Positions 28,526 through 38,590 are shown, counted from the stretch's first letter. The stretch is DNA of 64,000 nucleotides from an uncultured Candidatus Saccharibacteria bacterium (GCA_964623775.1 CAZUVH010000002.1:110454-174453); one strand, 5' to 3'. Notes: generated by a model from the sequence alone, not told the origin. Numbers and translations are program-made.

Positions 28526-29011
28526 ATGCGTACATCCTTACTGTATTCGTTCATTATCATTGGTACGTTTCTCCTCGGCATAACGCCGGCCGTGTACGGA
28601 CAGTCCAATATCCTGTCTCCTCGCCTTGTGGTGAGTAAACCAACACAACCCTCTGAAAGCCTCGCGCTACCAGGTGCACTGCATGTCCCCTTCACGACAG
28701 TGGACCTGACTGCTCGTAATACAGACATCACAGTGCACAGTATTACAGTGATGCGTACAGGCCCTGCTGTCGATGCTATATTCGATGAAATTCTACTTAT
28801 TGATGATTCAGGGGAAGAGCTTGGTGGCGGCTCACTCGACGCCGATCACCTTGTTCGATTTACCGAGCCAATTTTCATTCCGGTCAATACAACACTCCGT
28901 ATAATCGTGGCCGCAAACATTGCGGATGAGCTCGCCGAGTTTGATGGCCAAAAACCGTCGCTCACAATCACCGAGATCAGCGCCACTGGCTACACCGAGG
29001 TAAGTCTCTGA
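28526..29011 (+). CDS. secreted hypothetical protein, divergent from the Zur-like operon
   Basis: Signal peptide (LLYSFIIIGTFLLGITPAVYG); start overlaps second operator copy; no known domain. Confidence 0.5.
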   Translation: MRTSLLYSFIIIGTFLLGITPAVYGQSNILSPRLVVSKPTQPSESLALPGALHVPFTTVDLTARNTDITVHSITVMRTGPAVDAIFDEILLIDDSGEELGGGSLDADHLVRFTEPIFIPVNTTLRIIVAANIADELAEFDGQKPSLTITEISATGYTEVSL

Positions 29012-29065
29012 TCGCTTGGCTGATCGGTTAATGTCTTATATTTTCCGTTGTACAATAGGGCCACT

Positions 29066-29425
29066 ATGGGACACAAGAGAATCCTTTCGTTCGGGCATGC
29101 GCTCAGTGGTATACGAATTGCCTGGCGCGAAGAGGTACACTTCAAATTTCACGTCGCGACCGGTCTTATCGCAATTATGGCGTCGTGGGCATTTCGTATC
29201 ACCACGACCGAATTCCTTATTGTACTTACGATGATCGGCATGGTCATGACTGCGGAAATATTTAATACGGCACTCGAGGAACTCTGCGACAAGTTCTCCC
29301 CCACCCATGACCCGCATATTGGAAAAATTAAGGATCTCGCAGCGGCCGCAGTACTCGCCTCATCTGTCACCGCATTTACGGTCGGGCTGATCATTTTCTA
29401 CCCGTATATACTCACAATCGCATGA
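29066..29425 (+). CDS. dgkA: diacylglycerol/undecaprenol kinase family protein
   Basis: Three-TM prokaryotic DAGK fold; conserved ...EIFNTALEELCD... motif. Confidence 0.75.
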   Translation: MGHKRILSFGHALSGIRIAWREEVHFKFHVATGLIAIMASWAFRITTTEFLIVLTMIGMVMTAEIFNTALEELCDKFSPTHDPHIGKIKDLAAAAVLASSVTAFTVGLIIFYPYILTIA

Positions 29426-29958
29426 CGGGATGGGATGAGAGTATATTGTTTGCGCTCTATTCTATTCGCACGCCAGGCGGGGTTGATTTTTTTTCGACAC
29501 TGTCCCATCTCGGCGGTACCGTGATGGTGATCGCTGTGTGCATTTCCGCCGCGATCATTCTTTCTCGCGGTCGTGTATGGGCGCATGCACTCGGCATGAT
29601 CCTCGCACTCGCCGGAAGTGTCGGGACTGCGCATTTTCTCAAACTCCTACTGCAATACTCAAGACCGGACGATTTTCTGCACGCGATACCGGCAATCGGC
29701 TACGGCTTCCCAAGCGCACATGCAGCGGCTGCAATGGCTCTCTATGGCTTTCTTGCCTGGTACGTAGGGGAAAAGTCCTTGCGCTTTCGCATTCTGGCGA
29801 CGGCCCTTGCCGGACTTATCATCATTCTCGTCGGATTGAGCCGGATGTATCTCGGTGTACATTTTGTTACAGACGTCGTTGGTGGATACTTGATCGGAAT
29901 AATTTTTGTGTGGATCGGCGTGCGTGTCACGCGCACACTGGAGCGTTTTGAGGAATAA
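29422..29958 (+). CDS. PAP2 family lipid phosphatase
   Basis: KLLLQYSRPDD, FPSAHA, SRMYLGVHFVTD: the three PAP2 signature motifs. Confidence 0.8.
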   Translation: MTGWDESILFALYSIRTPGGVDFFSTLSHLGGTVMVIAVCISAAIILSRGRVWAHALGMILALAGSVGTAHFLKLLLQYSRPDDFLHAIPAIGYGFPSAHAAAAMALYGFLAWYVGEKSLRFRILATALAGLIIILVGLSRMYLGVHFVTDVVGGYLIGIIFVWIGVRVTRTLERFEE

Positions 29959-29964
29959 AATAAT

Positions 29965-30735
29965 ATGACAATTCTCGACAGCGTAACACTCGGCATCATA
30001 GAAGGAATCACTGAATTTCTTCCGATCTCATCGACCGGCCACCTCATCCTCGCCAATGAAATTCTCGGTATACAAAGTACGGAATTCGTAAAATCGTTTA
30101 ATATTGCAATCCAGTTCGGCGCGATTCTCTCCGTCGTCGTTCTCTACTTCAAGTCATTTCTCAACGTCGAAATACTTAAGCGACTTGTTATCGGATTTAT
30201 TCCGACGGGAATTATCGGTCTTGCGCTCTACCAGGTAGTTAAAACGCACCTACTCGGTAGTCACACTGTCGTACTGTGGGCACTTCTTCTTGGTGGTATC
30301 GCACTAATCCTATTTGAATACCTGCACCGTGAGCCGGAAGATGCTGCGGATTCCATCGAAGCGATATCATACAAACAAGCGGCGCTTGTCGGATTATTTC
30401 AAAGTATTTCCATCATTCCTGGCGTATCACGCTCGGCGGCCACCATCATTGGCGGTCTTCTCCTCGGGATAAAACGCACGACGATCGTGGAATTTTCCTT
30501 TCTGCTCGCCGTACCGACAATGCTCGCTGCGACGAGCCTCGATATCCTCAAAACGTCGGCGTCCTTCACTGGTAGCGAGATTCTCTCTCTATGTGTGGGA
30601 TTCATCACGGCATTCTTCGTCGCGATGCTTTCGATACGATTCCTGCTCTCATACGTGCGCAAACACTCCTTCGTACCATTTGGTATTTACCGCATTGTGA
30701 TAGCGATCGTATTTTTCCTCTTTATCATCTATTGA
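29965..30735 (+). CDS. uppP: undecaprenyl-diphosphate phosphatase
   Basis: BacA/UppP signature (EGITEFLPISSTGHL, PGVSRSAATIIGG). Confidence 0.9.
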   Translation: MTILDSVTLGIIEGITEFLPISSTGHLILANEILGIQSTEFVKSFNIAIQFGAILSVVVLYFKSFLNVEILKRLVIGFIPTGIIGLALYQVVKTHLLGSHTVVLWALLLGGIALILFEYLHREPEDAADSIEAISYKQAALVGLFQSISIIPGVSRSAATIIGGLLLGIKRTTIVEFSFLLAVPTMLAATSLDILKTSASFTGSEILSLCVGFITAFFVAMLSIRFLLSYVRKHSFVPFGIYRIVIAIVFFLFIIY

Positions 30736-31641
30736 TCAGTCTTTACCTAAAATCGTCTTGAGAAGCGCCATGCGCACCAAGACGCCGTAGCGCGCCTGCT
30801 TGAAATAGACCGCGTGCGGTGAATCATCGACTGCCGGCTCGATCTCCCCAGCTCTTGGGAGCGGATGGATGAGAATTGCGCCTTTTTTCATAGCATCGGT
30901 CATTGGCCTCGTGATTATGAACTGATCCTTGAGCCTCTTGAATTCGCTCTTGCTCATCCACTCTTTCTGCATGCGTGTCTGGTATACGACCTCCGCCTTT
31001 TTCATGGCGTAAGAGAGATCGTCAGTCTCCTCGAACGAAATTTTATGCTCCTTGAGATGGTCTTTTATGTCGTCTTTCATGCGGAGCTCCCTGGCAGATA
31101 CAAAAATTATCCGTATATCGTCAAATTTGCTCAAAAGATACGCGAGCGAACGTGCCGCGCGATAGTATTTGAGATTGCCGACAATGGCGACAGTAAGATC
31201 GTCGACGCGGCCAATCTCGCGGCGGATCGTATAGAGATCCAAGAAGGCCTGGGTGGGATGCTGGCCAGTGCCATCGCCCGCATTAATGATCGGCACACTC
31301 GATACTGATGCGGCGCGCTCGGCAGCACCTGCCTCCGGATGACGCAAGACTATCGCATCGGCATAGCCGCCGACGATGCGCACCGTGTCTTCGATGGTCT
31401 CCCCTTTTGTAGCTGAAGACGACTCGCTCGCATTTTCCATGGATAGCACATTGCCACCGAGGCGCATCATTGCTGACTCAAATGAGAGGCGCGTACGCGT
31501 CGATGATTCATAAAAAAGGGCGGCGAGGATTTTACCCTTGAGAGAATCGTCGCGCTTTTTCTCGAGCTTGTCGGCAAGCCTGAAAAGACGATTGAGGGCT
31601 TCTCGATCGAACTGCTGGGTCCCGATGAGATGCTGCATCAA
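30736..31641 (-). CDS. pyrB: aspartate carbamoyltransferase catalytic subunit
   Basis: STRTR, HPTQ, HPLP motifs. Confidence 0.9.
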   Translation of the reverse strand: MMQHLIGTQQFDREALNRLFRLADKLEKKRDDSLKGKILAALFYESSTRTRLSFESAMMRLGGNVLSMENASESSSATKGETIEDTVRIVGGYADAIVLRHPEAGAAERAASVSSVPIINAGDGTGQHPTQAFLDLYTIRREIGRVDDLTVAIVGNLKYYRAARSLAYLLSKFDDIRIIFVSARELRMKDDIKDHLKEHKISFEETDDLSYAMKKAEVVYQTRMQKEWMSKSEFKRLKDQFIITRPMTDAMKKGAILIHPLPRAGEIEPAVDDSPHAVYFKQARYGVLVRMALLKTILGKD

Positions 31642-31658
31642 AAGTTAAGTATACCCTA

Positions 31659-32282
31659 TTATCCCAAATGGGCGTGATCGTTCCATACCCACAACTTCCA
31701 GGGATTTTCACGACCGTCTTCATAGTATCGAAAAACGGAAATATGGGATTTTTCGGTGTTGGGAATCGCTCTAACAATACGGCCGAGTTCGTGAGCATTA
31801 AATGACGGGCCAAAGATAACGTGAGCAAGAATTGTGCGCATAAAATATCCGTGCGTCACGACAAGCACGTGATCCTCAGGACGACTCTCAAGACATGCGA
31901 GCGCGCGTGCGGCACGCTCTTTGACGCCGGAAAATTCCTCTGTATCCATGAGGATTCCCTCCTCCCACTCCTTTAAGATACGGCTGGCTTCCTCGTCCTT
32001 ACGAAGGCGTCCGTGGAGCACGGAAGGAACCGGTCGTTCGACAAAATCTCGAGAATACTCGACTGGTATATTGATGCTCCTGGAGATCGTTTCGGCTGTT
32101 TCTTTTGTGCGTAATAATGGGCTCGCAAGAATCGCATCGATCCGCAGCCGCTGACATCGGCGGGCGAGCGCATCGGCTTGCCCCCGACCCTTCTCGGTCA
32201 GCTCTGCCATTTCATCATCAACAAATTTCTCCCCCACATTGGACTCACTCTCTCCGTGACGCACGAAATAAAACGTCTTCAT
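31659..32282 (-). CDS. histidine phosphatase family protein
   Basis: FYFVRHGESESN (RHG motif). Confidence 0.7.
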   Translation of the reverse strand: MKTFYFVRHGESESNVGEKFVDDEMAELTEKGRGQADALARRCQRLRIDAILASPLLRTKETAETISRSINIPVEYSRDFVERPVPSVLHGRLRKDEEASRILKEWEEGILMDTEEFSGVKERAARALACLESRPEDHVLVVTHGYFMRTILAHVIFGPSFNAHELGRIVRAIPNTEKSHISVFRYYEDGRENPWKLWVWNDHAHLG

Positions 32283-32289
32283 TTCTCAA

Positions 32290-33528
32290 TTAGAGCACAA
32301 AATTACCATCCTTGTAGATTATCTTCTTGGAGCCGTTTTTGAGATGCGCGGTCACGGTACGGCGCGTGGTAGAGATAATATCGGTGTGTACCGATGAATC
32401 ATTGAATCCAAGACGTTCTGCCTCTTTTTTTGAGAGCTTCGCGACATTGCCGCTGTACGTATCTTTGTACGACATGCCGAGCGCCATGTGTGTGTTGCCA
32501 TACTTTCCACCCATGTTTTCGTCGAAAAGCGTCTCTGCCATGAATTTGGTGATGCGCGAATGCCGACTGTCGGTAAGAGAGTACTCACCAAGCATGTCGG
32601 CGCCCGGTGTCGCGATCATTTCCTTGAGAACCTTTTCATTTTTCGTCGCACTGCTTTTTACCACCTTGCCATCCTTGAACCATAGCTGGATGCCTTCGAT
32701 TTTGTTGCCGTAGCGATAGAGTGGCTGGTTGAAACGCACCCATCCTTCCGTGCCACGTTTATCCGGCGAGGTGAAGATCTCAAAGCTCGGCACATTGTAT
32801 CCGCGGCCAGAAAGCCACTTTCTTTTCTCGCCAATATTGATCCAGAGATCAGCGTCGGGACCTTCGAGATGCAGTCGGTGAATCTGCGGCGTGAGTTTGT
32901 TGAGTTTCGTGCGGTAGCTCTCCATTTGTTTGTACACCTCGCGCCACTTTTTTATCGGATCAGGGAGATCGAGGAAGCATGCCTTGATGATTTGGTCCCA
33001 GTACGCTTTTTCCGAGAGTCCGGCCTCCTTGGCCATAGCTGGCGTGCCGTACATGCAGATCGTCCAGCCGAATTTACCCGCATGCTGCTTTTCGTTGCGC
33101 CAGTCCATGAAAGGCTTCATTGCCTGTCCGCGCATCATGATCTTTTTTGGATCAATGCCGTCCATGAGGTGCATGTCCTTATCTGCAAGGATATAGATGG
33201 AGTGATCCATTTGATCGATCACGCCGCGCAAATATTTTGCTGGGAAGAATTTGATCTGATCATCCGAGGCGTGTTGATAGAAATAGCGACTCGTCGAGGC
33301 ATTGCGTCGCATATCGCCCGCCTCTTCGTCGGGTGCGTAGTGCGAGAGGACGTGCCCACCGGCATCTATGATCGCGTTGTGGATCGCGAAGAAAAGTGGT
33401 TTGCAAGACTCATTGCCGGAGAGCCTCACGACTTCGCCCTTCTTGATCCCTTTGCCCATATTGAGGGCGAAGTTGACCATGACGTCCGCGTATTTTTCTA
33501 AAATTTTCTGAGATGGTGTATATGACAT
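32290..33528 (-). CDS. aminopeptidase, M29 (AmpS/PepS) family
   Basis: Length and conserved blocks match the thermophilic-metalloprotease M29 family. Confidence 0.75.
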   Translation of the reverse strand: MSYTPSQKILEKYADVMVNFALNMGKGIKKGEVVRLSGNESCKPLFFAIHNAIIDAGGHVLSHYAPDEEAGDMRRNASTSRYFYQHASDDQIKFFPAKYLRGVIDQMDHSIYILADKDMHLMDGIDPKKIMMRGQAMKPFMDWRNEKQHAGKFGWTICMYGTPAMAKEAGLSEKAYWDQIIKACFLDLPDPIKKWREVYKQMESYRTKLNKLTPQIHRLHLEGPDADLWINIGEKRKWLSGRGYNVPSFEIFTSPDKRGTEGWVRFNQPLYRYGNKIEGIQLWFKDGKVVKSSATKNEKVLKEMIATPGADMLGEYSLTDSRHSRITKFMAETLFDENMGGKYGNTHMALGMSYKDTYSGNVAKLSKKEAERLGFNDSSVHTDIISTTRRTVTAHLKNGSKKIIYKDGNFVL

Positions 33529-33577
33529 GGAAATAGACTACAGGCGCAATGCTGATTTGTCCATGAAAACCAGCACT

Positions 33578-34183
33578 TTATTTGGTAAATGTAAATGTCT
33601 CGGCAATCGCTTCGAGCATCGAGGAGAACTTCGCCTTATCAAATTCTACGACCACGCCTTCGGGGTAATTGCCGATATTGCCCGAATGTAGGAGCTCAAC
33701 GATCTCAAAACACACTTCTCCATGGACGGTGCGATATGACTTCGTCTCGTAGAGATTGCCAGCGGCGGCACCGGTCGAGGAAAACACATTCCATGATACG
33801 CCATTGATGGTCGTCGTCCCCAGAGAAGTCTCTGACGTGTCTTTGGACGGTTTCGCGCAAGCTATTTTTGCATTCGGGGAGGATGAGGCTCCGATAAATA
33901 CGCCGGCTTCAAGCAAATTCGTTTTGTCGAAAAGTTGTTTGGGAAGTTCGAATGCGACGATTGGGGTAAGGGTGGTGGGCAAGAAGCCTTCAAAGCCATC
34001 GGGCTTCATTTCGTCTTTTTGCTGGTACGTGATTTTGAAGCCGAATATATCATCTTGATAGAGCACGGGTGTCTCAGGTGAGGTGGTGACCGGCAGATCG
34101 CGTATTGCAGGACGTTCCTGATTTTTATACACGGCAAAGGCACTGATTCCAAGTGCTATGAGTAAAATAATGACCCATCGCAT
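33578..34183 (-). CDS. hypothetical membrane-anchored/secreted protein
   Basis: Start at MRWVIILLIALGISAFAVY (internal Met of ORF 33578..34315), TM anchor then soluble domain. Confidence 0.45.
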   Translation of the reverse strand: MRWVIILLIALGISAFAVYKNQERPAIRDLPVTTSPETPVLYQDDIFGFKITYQQKDEMKPDGFEGFLPTTLTPIVAFELPKQLFDKTNLLEAGVFIGASSSPNAKIACAKPSKDTSETSLGTTTINGVSWNVFSSTGAAAGNLYETKSYRTVHGEVCFEIVELLHSGNIGNYPEGVVVEFDKAKFSSMLEAIAETFTFTK

Positions 34184-34313
34184 AGTGCCTAGTGTACCAC
34201 TACACCAATAACTGTGATTGTTCGTAATGGAATCAAATACGTACTCATATTGAAATTTGAGATCGTGACATGATCGGCAACTATTGGTGTAGTGGTGTAT
34301 CATTCTGACGTGC

Positions 34314-34350
34314 AAAAACGACCCGCCTTACGAGAAGGCGGGTCGTTTTG
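34314..34350 (-). terminator. intrinsic terminator (acgacccgcctt-acgag-aaggcgggtcgt)
   Basis: 12-bp perfect stem; flanked by A5 upstream and TTTT downstream, effectively bidirectional. Confidence 0.65.
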
Positions 34351-34366
34351 TCCAAAAATTAGATTG

Positions 34367-35197
34367 CTACTGCGTACCCCCTGCCGTATTTACTTCGGAA
34401 TTCATCCCGGCATTCGCCTCCAGACCGAGCGACTTTAAAGCCTTGATGATTGATCTCGCGTCAGCGCGAGCGTCGTCTATAGCTTTCAGGCCGGCCTTTA
34501 TTTTTGCCTTAGCATCCTTGAGCGCCTGATTATTTGCGTCCATTGTTGTCTTGTCGCCGTTATCGGGTTTGAGATTTGCAACGAGGGATACAGCAGCGTC
34601 AGCCTGCACTTTGGCATCAGCTATCGACGCATTCATTTCGTTGTAGCTCGCTGTCATCGCGCTCACATCCTTGCCTGCCGATGCTGCTGCATCGATCCTG
34701 GCCTTGAGCTTGCTCGCGAAGGTCGTGAGAGAGCCCGTCACCGTTATGATCTTATCGGCAGCGACCTCAATGCGGCCCTGCGGAATAACGAGCATGAAGA
34801 TACGGTAGCTCTTGGTAATCGACTGGATGTCGGTTTTTAGGGTCTGCAGATCGGTGTCGGCCTGGATTTTCGCCTTGAGCGCCGTGAGATTTGCAACCTC
34901 CGTCGTAACAGTAGCGGCCACGGTCGCTTTTTGTGTAGCTGAGACGCGCGTCATCGCCTGCACTTTTGTATTGAGCTCATTGAGCTTTACGACGCGGCGA
35001 TCAATCTCCTGGCTCGCGCGCTCCTTTGCTTTTGTGATGCGCAGCTCGATCTTCGCATCCGCATTTGCAGCAACTCCCACACCTCCGGCTGCCGCACCGG
35101 CACCCGTGCTTACGCCCGCCTCAAGTGCGAGTACTGGCGTCGCTGCAAGAAGAATGAATGCCATGAATCCCGCAGCTGTTTTTTGAATTGAAATCAT
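34367..35197 (-). CDS. secreted alpha-helical/coiled-coil hypothetical protein
   Basis: Signal peptide then Ala/Lys/Thr-rich heptad-like sequence. Confidence 0.5.
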   Translation of the reverse strand: MISIQKTAAGFMAFILLAATPVLALEAGVSTGAGAAAGGVGVAANADAKIELRITKAKERASQEIDRRVVKLNELNTKVQAMTRVSATQKATVAATVTTEVANLTALKAKIQADTDLQTLKTDIQSITKSYRIFMLVIPQGRIEVAADKIITVTGSLTTFASKLKARIDAAASAGKDVSAMTASYNEMNASIADAKVQADAAVSLVANLKPDNGDKTTMDANNQALKDAKAKIKAGLKAIDDARADARSIIKALKSLGLEANAGMNSEVNTAGGTQ

Positions 35198-35245
35198 AAT
35201 GAAATAGTTATTGGATAATTACTTCTTATATAGTCTGTTCTCGAA

Positions 35246-35527
35246 CTACTCTGTCTGCTCCACGGGAGTGTCAGAGGAGTTGGCCGAAGCTGATGCATCG
35301 GATGCGGCAGCTGCCTGTGAATCAATGGCCGAGAGATCAGCGTCAAGCGATGAGTCTGCCTGAATTTGCGTACCATTTGAACCGTTGTCTGCTGGCGGCA
35401 CTACCTGCTGATTCTGATCCTGTACAACCATCTCTTGCGAAGGTGCGGATGAGCGGGCGAAGTAATACCATGCGCCGCCGACGACCACGACAACTGCGAG
35501 AAGAGACAATATTGTTTTTATAGACAT
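35246..35527 (-). CDS. small membrane-anchored hypothetical protein
   Basis: N-terminal TM (ILSLLAVVVVVGGAWYYF) and acidic low-complexity tail. Confidence 0.4.
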   Translation of the reverse strand: MSIKTILSLLAVVVVVGGAWYYFARSSAPSQEMVVQDQNQQVVPPADNGSNGTQIQADSSLDADLSAIDSQAAAASDASASANSSDTPVEQTE

Positions 35528-35775
35528 AATGAACCAAATATTTCTGAATTAATAACGTATAAAGTACTTGCAATCCTAGCCTTGCCACGGGCTTTTGCCA
35601 ACAGAGCTTCGTGGGGACAGCTCTTCATGAATAGACGCTGAAACAGAGATTCTCTTACGGGCGACGTAGAACATGAGAAATTCAAAAGCTCGCTTTTGAA
35701 TTTCCGAGTCGAGGAGCCCGAAACCAATTTATTGGTTTACAGATGAAGTACGGCGGCGAAATCTGGCGATCTACG

Positions 35776-36168
35776 TCAGAATAACGTAGATTTCACCGCA
35801 TTTTTCTGCTGCATACGGGTGAGCGCGAGGTAGAGCGCCGCCGCAGCTATCGAGAGATCGCGAAAAACCACCTGCATCTGCGAGAAATCGAAAAAGACAA
35901 TCGCAAGAAGGAGGCCAGCCGCTGCAAGGGACGGCAGAACAATTTTCCAACCCGACAGAATCCAGAGAGCGATCAACACCTCAATGATGCCAAATACGTG
36001 CAAGAGGACTAAGTCGTCTACATATCCGCGGGTGAAAGCCGGAAAATATCCAATCCATGAGTATGGATCGGAAAGCGCATTGATCGGTGGATACAAGAAG
36101 GCGAAGGCGACCCCACCGCGCAATATCCAGTCCGCGATTCTATGCAAATCCATACTATTATTTTCCAT
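35776..36168 (-). CDS. DoxX-like membrane protein
   Basis: About 130 aa, 3-4 TM helices; start tentatively at MENNSMDL overlapping upstream gene stop by 11 nt. Confidence 0.35.
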   Translation of the reverse strand: MENNSMDLHRIADWILRGGVAFAFLYPPINALSDPYSWIGYFPAFTRGYVDDLVLLHVFGIIEVLIALWILSGWKIVLPSLAAAGLLLAIVFFDFSQMQVVFRDLSIAAAALYLALTRMQQKNAVKSTLF

Positions 36169-36667
36169 TATCCCGTTCGACCTCGTGGAGAATTTGTTTG
36201 ATATCGGTCTCACTCTCCATATCATCCAATTCGGCATCGTGGACTATGGGCACATTGAGATGGCGCGCGATTTTCTCTTGAAATACAAGGACTTTTGAAA
36301 TCTCTTCCTCTGCACGCACATTCACTTCGAAATCGATCTGCTCGCGGATATCGGCGTTGCGAATCTGACGACTCTGGCTGATAAGAACGATTATCGCAAG
36401 GAGAATTGCCTCCAAAGACACAACCATCGTCAATAAAATAAACGGATATGGATCAAAGACCGGCACGAGCGGCAAAGTGGCTGTGTTGATGAGAAGCCAC
36501 ATGAGGAAAAAAGCAACGTTGATTCCGAAGAAGGTAAGCGAGCCGAATTTTGACGTAAGGAAATCGGCTGTATTATCCTGCCAACTACTCTTGAACTTCA
36601 GATCCGCGCGGAGCTTCTCGTGTCGTGCGCGACTTCTACTTTTCGACGTGCTCCTTGTGTGATTCAT
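36158..36667 (-). CDS. DUF1003 family membrane protein
   Basis: SKFGSLTFFGINVAFFLMWLLIN ... FDPYPFILLTMVVSLEAI ... QSRQ motifs characteristic of DUF1003. Confidence 0.6.
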   Translation of the reverse strand: MNHTRSTSKSRSRARHEKLRADLKFKSSWQDNTADFLTSKFGSLTFFGINVAFFLMWLLINTATLPLVPVFDPYPFILLTMVVSLEAILLAIIVLISQSRQIRNADIREQIDFEVNVRAEEEISKVLVFQEKIARHLNVPIVHDAELDDMESETDIKQILHEVERDNGK

Positions 36668-36743
36668 ACAATGCTCCCCATTGTACTACGATTTTTTCGA
36701 CGGTTTGCCGAGCGTGATTTGACAAGCATTAATTTATGATGTA

Positions 36744-37292
36744 TTGATATTCCAGGTTAGAACGCCCACAGCAAAGGATCCGGATATGCTGACTCTCGCA
36801 TTCATCGTGTACATCATCACGGCAGTGCCATGCTTCGTGTACATCTACACACTCGGTCTCGAGAAAAAGCGCTGGCGGCTCTCGATTCAATTCGACCAGA
36901 AAAAGAGCGGCTGGCAGAATTTCCGAGCGCAATTACATGAGGCGCCCGGTCATATGATGGACGAATTCCTCAAGATCCACTGCCCGTGGAGCAAGGAGCT
37001 AAGCATCCATCACCGGGTAAAGGACGTGAAGTGGATGCTCGAGCGCGCCCCAGGCACAACGAGAAAGTGGTCAAAGGACTGGACACTTATGGATTGCAAA
37101 TCGCCGACATACCATCCGCAAATTGCGAACGACTGCTTTGAGCGACGTTCAAAGTTCTGGCTCAGGAACATCGGCGCCTTCCTGATAGCTCCTATCTGGG
37201 TACTGACAATCGCTGCATTATGTGTCGCTTCGTTATCGATAACCCGGGGCTATAAGTTCTTTACGGGAAAGCCTATCCACCCGCAGCTGTGA
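36744..37292 (+). CDS. hypothetical membrane protein
   Basis: Hydrophobic helices at both ends; TTGACA-type promoter upstream; no known domain. Confidence 0.4.
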   Translation: MIFQVRTPTAKDPDMLTLAFIVYIITAVPCFVYIYTLGLEKKRWRLSIQFDQKKSGWQNFRAQLHEAPGHMMDEFLKIHCPWSKELSIHHRVKDVKWMLERAPGTTRKWSKDWTLMDCKSPTYHPQIANDCFERRSKFWLRNIGAFLIAPIWVLTIAALCVASLSITRGYKFFTGKPIHPQL

Positions 37293-37297
37293 CATTC

Positions 37298-37329
37298 GAC
37301 CCCGTGCTCTGCGCGGGGTCTTTCTTTTG
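37298..37329 (+). terminator. intrinsic terminator (gaccccgtgctctgcgcggggtc + T-run)
   Basis: Hairpin followed by tttcttttgg. Confidence 0.55.
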
Positions 37330-37330
37330 G

Positions 37331-38590
37331 TTAGTTTAGTCGCTTGAGTGCCACGATGTACGCAGCATCTCGCAGCGAGACCTTGTGAAGCAGGGATTGA
37401 GCGTAGACTTCTGTGGTCGCCGATCGCATTTTTGTACGGAGCTTTTTGAACACCTCTTCTTTTTTCCATTTCTTCTTATTCATATTTTGGAACCATTCAA
37501 AATAGCTGACGATCACTCCCCCGGAATTTGCGAGCACATCGGGAATCACGGTGACGCCGTGCTTACGCAGAATCTCATCGGCTTCGCGTGTTGTCGGACC
37601 ATTGGCGAGCTCAAGTACGAATTTTGCTTTGATCTTGCCCGCGTTTACGTCGGTAATCGCATTCTCGAGTGCGGCAGGCACGACGATGTCGACCGCGAGC
37701 GTGAGGGCTTCGTCGGGAGAGATGTCTTGCCCGCCGAGCTTTTCCATATTGTTGAGATCACACACCGATCCGATGCAGTAGCATCCGGCGAGCTTGCCGC
37801 TTTTTTCTTTGCATTGCGCGACCGCTTCTAAATTCTCGATCCCATTGGGAATATAAATGCCGCCTTTTGAATCCGAGAGGGCGACGATCTTCATGCCGGC
37901 TTCTTGTGCGAATTTTGCGAAATAACTTCCTACATTTCCAAAACCCTGGATTGCGACGGTCATGCCCTTTGGCGACTTTCCCATTTTTTCAAGCAGTGCG
38001 AGCAGCGCGTAGAGACCACCGAGACCCGTCGCTTCCGGACGACCCAGGCTTCCGCCATCTTCGACGGATTTACCGGTGATGACAGCGGGGGCTTTTTTGC
38101 CGATCGCTTTTTCGTATTCGCTTTTGATCCAATGCATGATCTTGGCATTGGTGTTTACATCAGGCGCAGGCACGTCGAGTGTGGGGCCGATTACGGGCAC
38201 GAGTTTCCTCGCAAATTCGCGGGTGAGACGTTCGAGCTCCTTTTCGGAAAGTTCTTTCGGATTCACCGCGACACCGCCCTTACCGCCGCCAAATGGCACA
38301 TTGGCGATTGCATTTTTGATCGTCATCCAGAAAGCAAGTGCTTTCACTTCGTCCATGTCCACTTTCGGATGGTAGCGGAGGCCGCCTTTGTACGGACCAT
38401 TTGTATTATCGTGCTGCACGCGAAAACCACTGAAAACACGTACTGTGCCGTCGTCCATTTTGACGGGTACCGACACCTCTATCACCCGATCTGGATGCTC
38501 GAGCTTGGCGACAAGGAGAGGATCAAGATCGATCTCCTCTGCGGCAATCCGGAGCTGCTCCTTCGCCCGCTCCCAGGGGTTGTTGTTCAT
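37331..38590 (-). CDS. gdhA: NAD(P)-dependent glutamate dehydrogenase
   Basis: GGGKGG nucleotide/substrate motifs, full-length Glu/Leu/Phe/Val dehydrogenase family. Confidence 0.95.
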   Translation of the reverse strand: MNNNPWERAKEQLRIAAEEIDLDPLLVAKLEHPDRVIEVSVPVKMDDGTVRVFSGFRVQHDNTNGPYKGGLRYHPKVDMDEVKALAFWMTIKNAIANVPFGGGKGGVAVNPKELSEKELERLTREFARKLVPVIGPTLDVPAPDVNTNAKIMHWIKSEYEKAIGKKAPAVITGKSVEDGGSLGRPEATGLGGLYALLALLEKMGKSPKGMTVAIQGFGNVGSYFAKFAQEAGMKIVALSDSKGGIYIPNGIENLEAVAQCKEKSGKLAGCYCIGSVCDLNNMEKLGGQDISPDEALTLAVDIVVPAALENAITDVNAGKIKAKFVLELANGPTTREADEILRKHGVTVIPDVLANSGGVIVSYFEWFQNMNKKKWKKEEVFKKLRTKMRSATTEVYAQSLLHKVSLRDAAYIVALKRLN

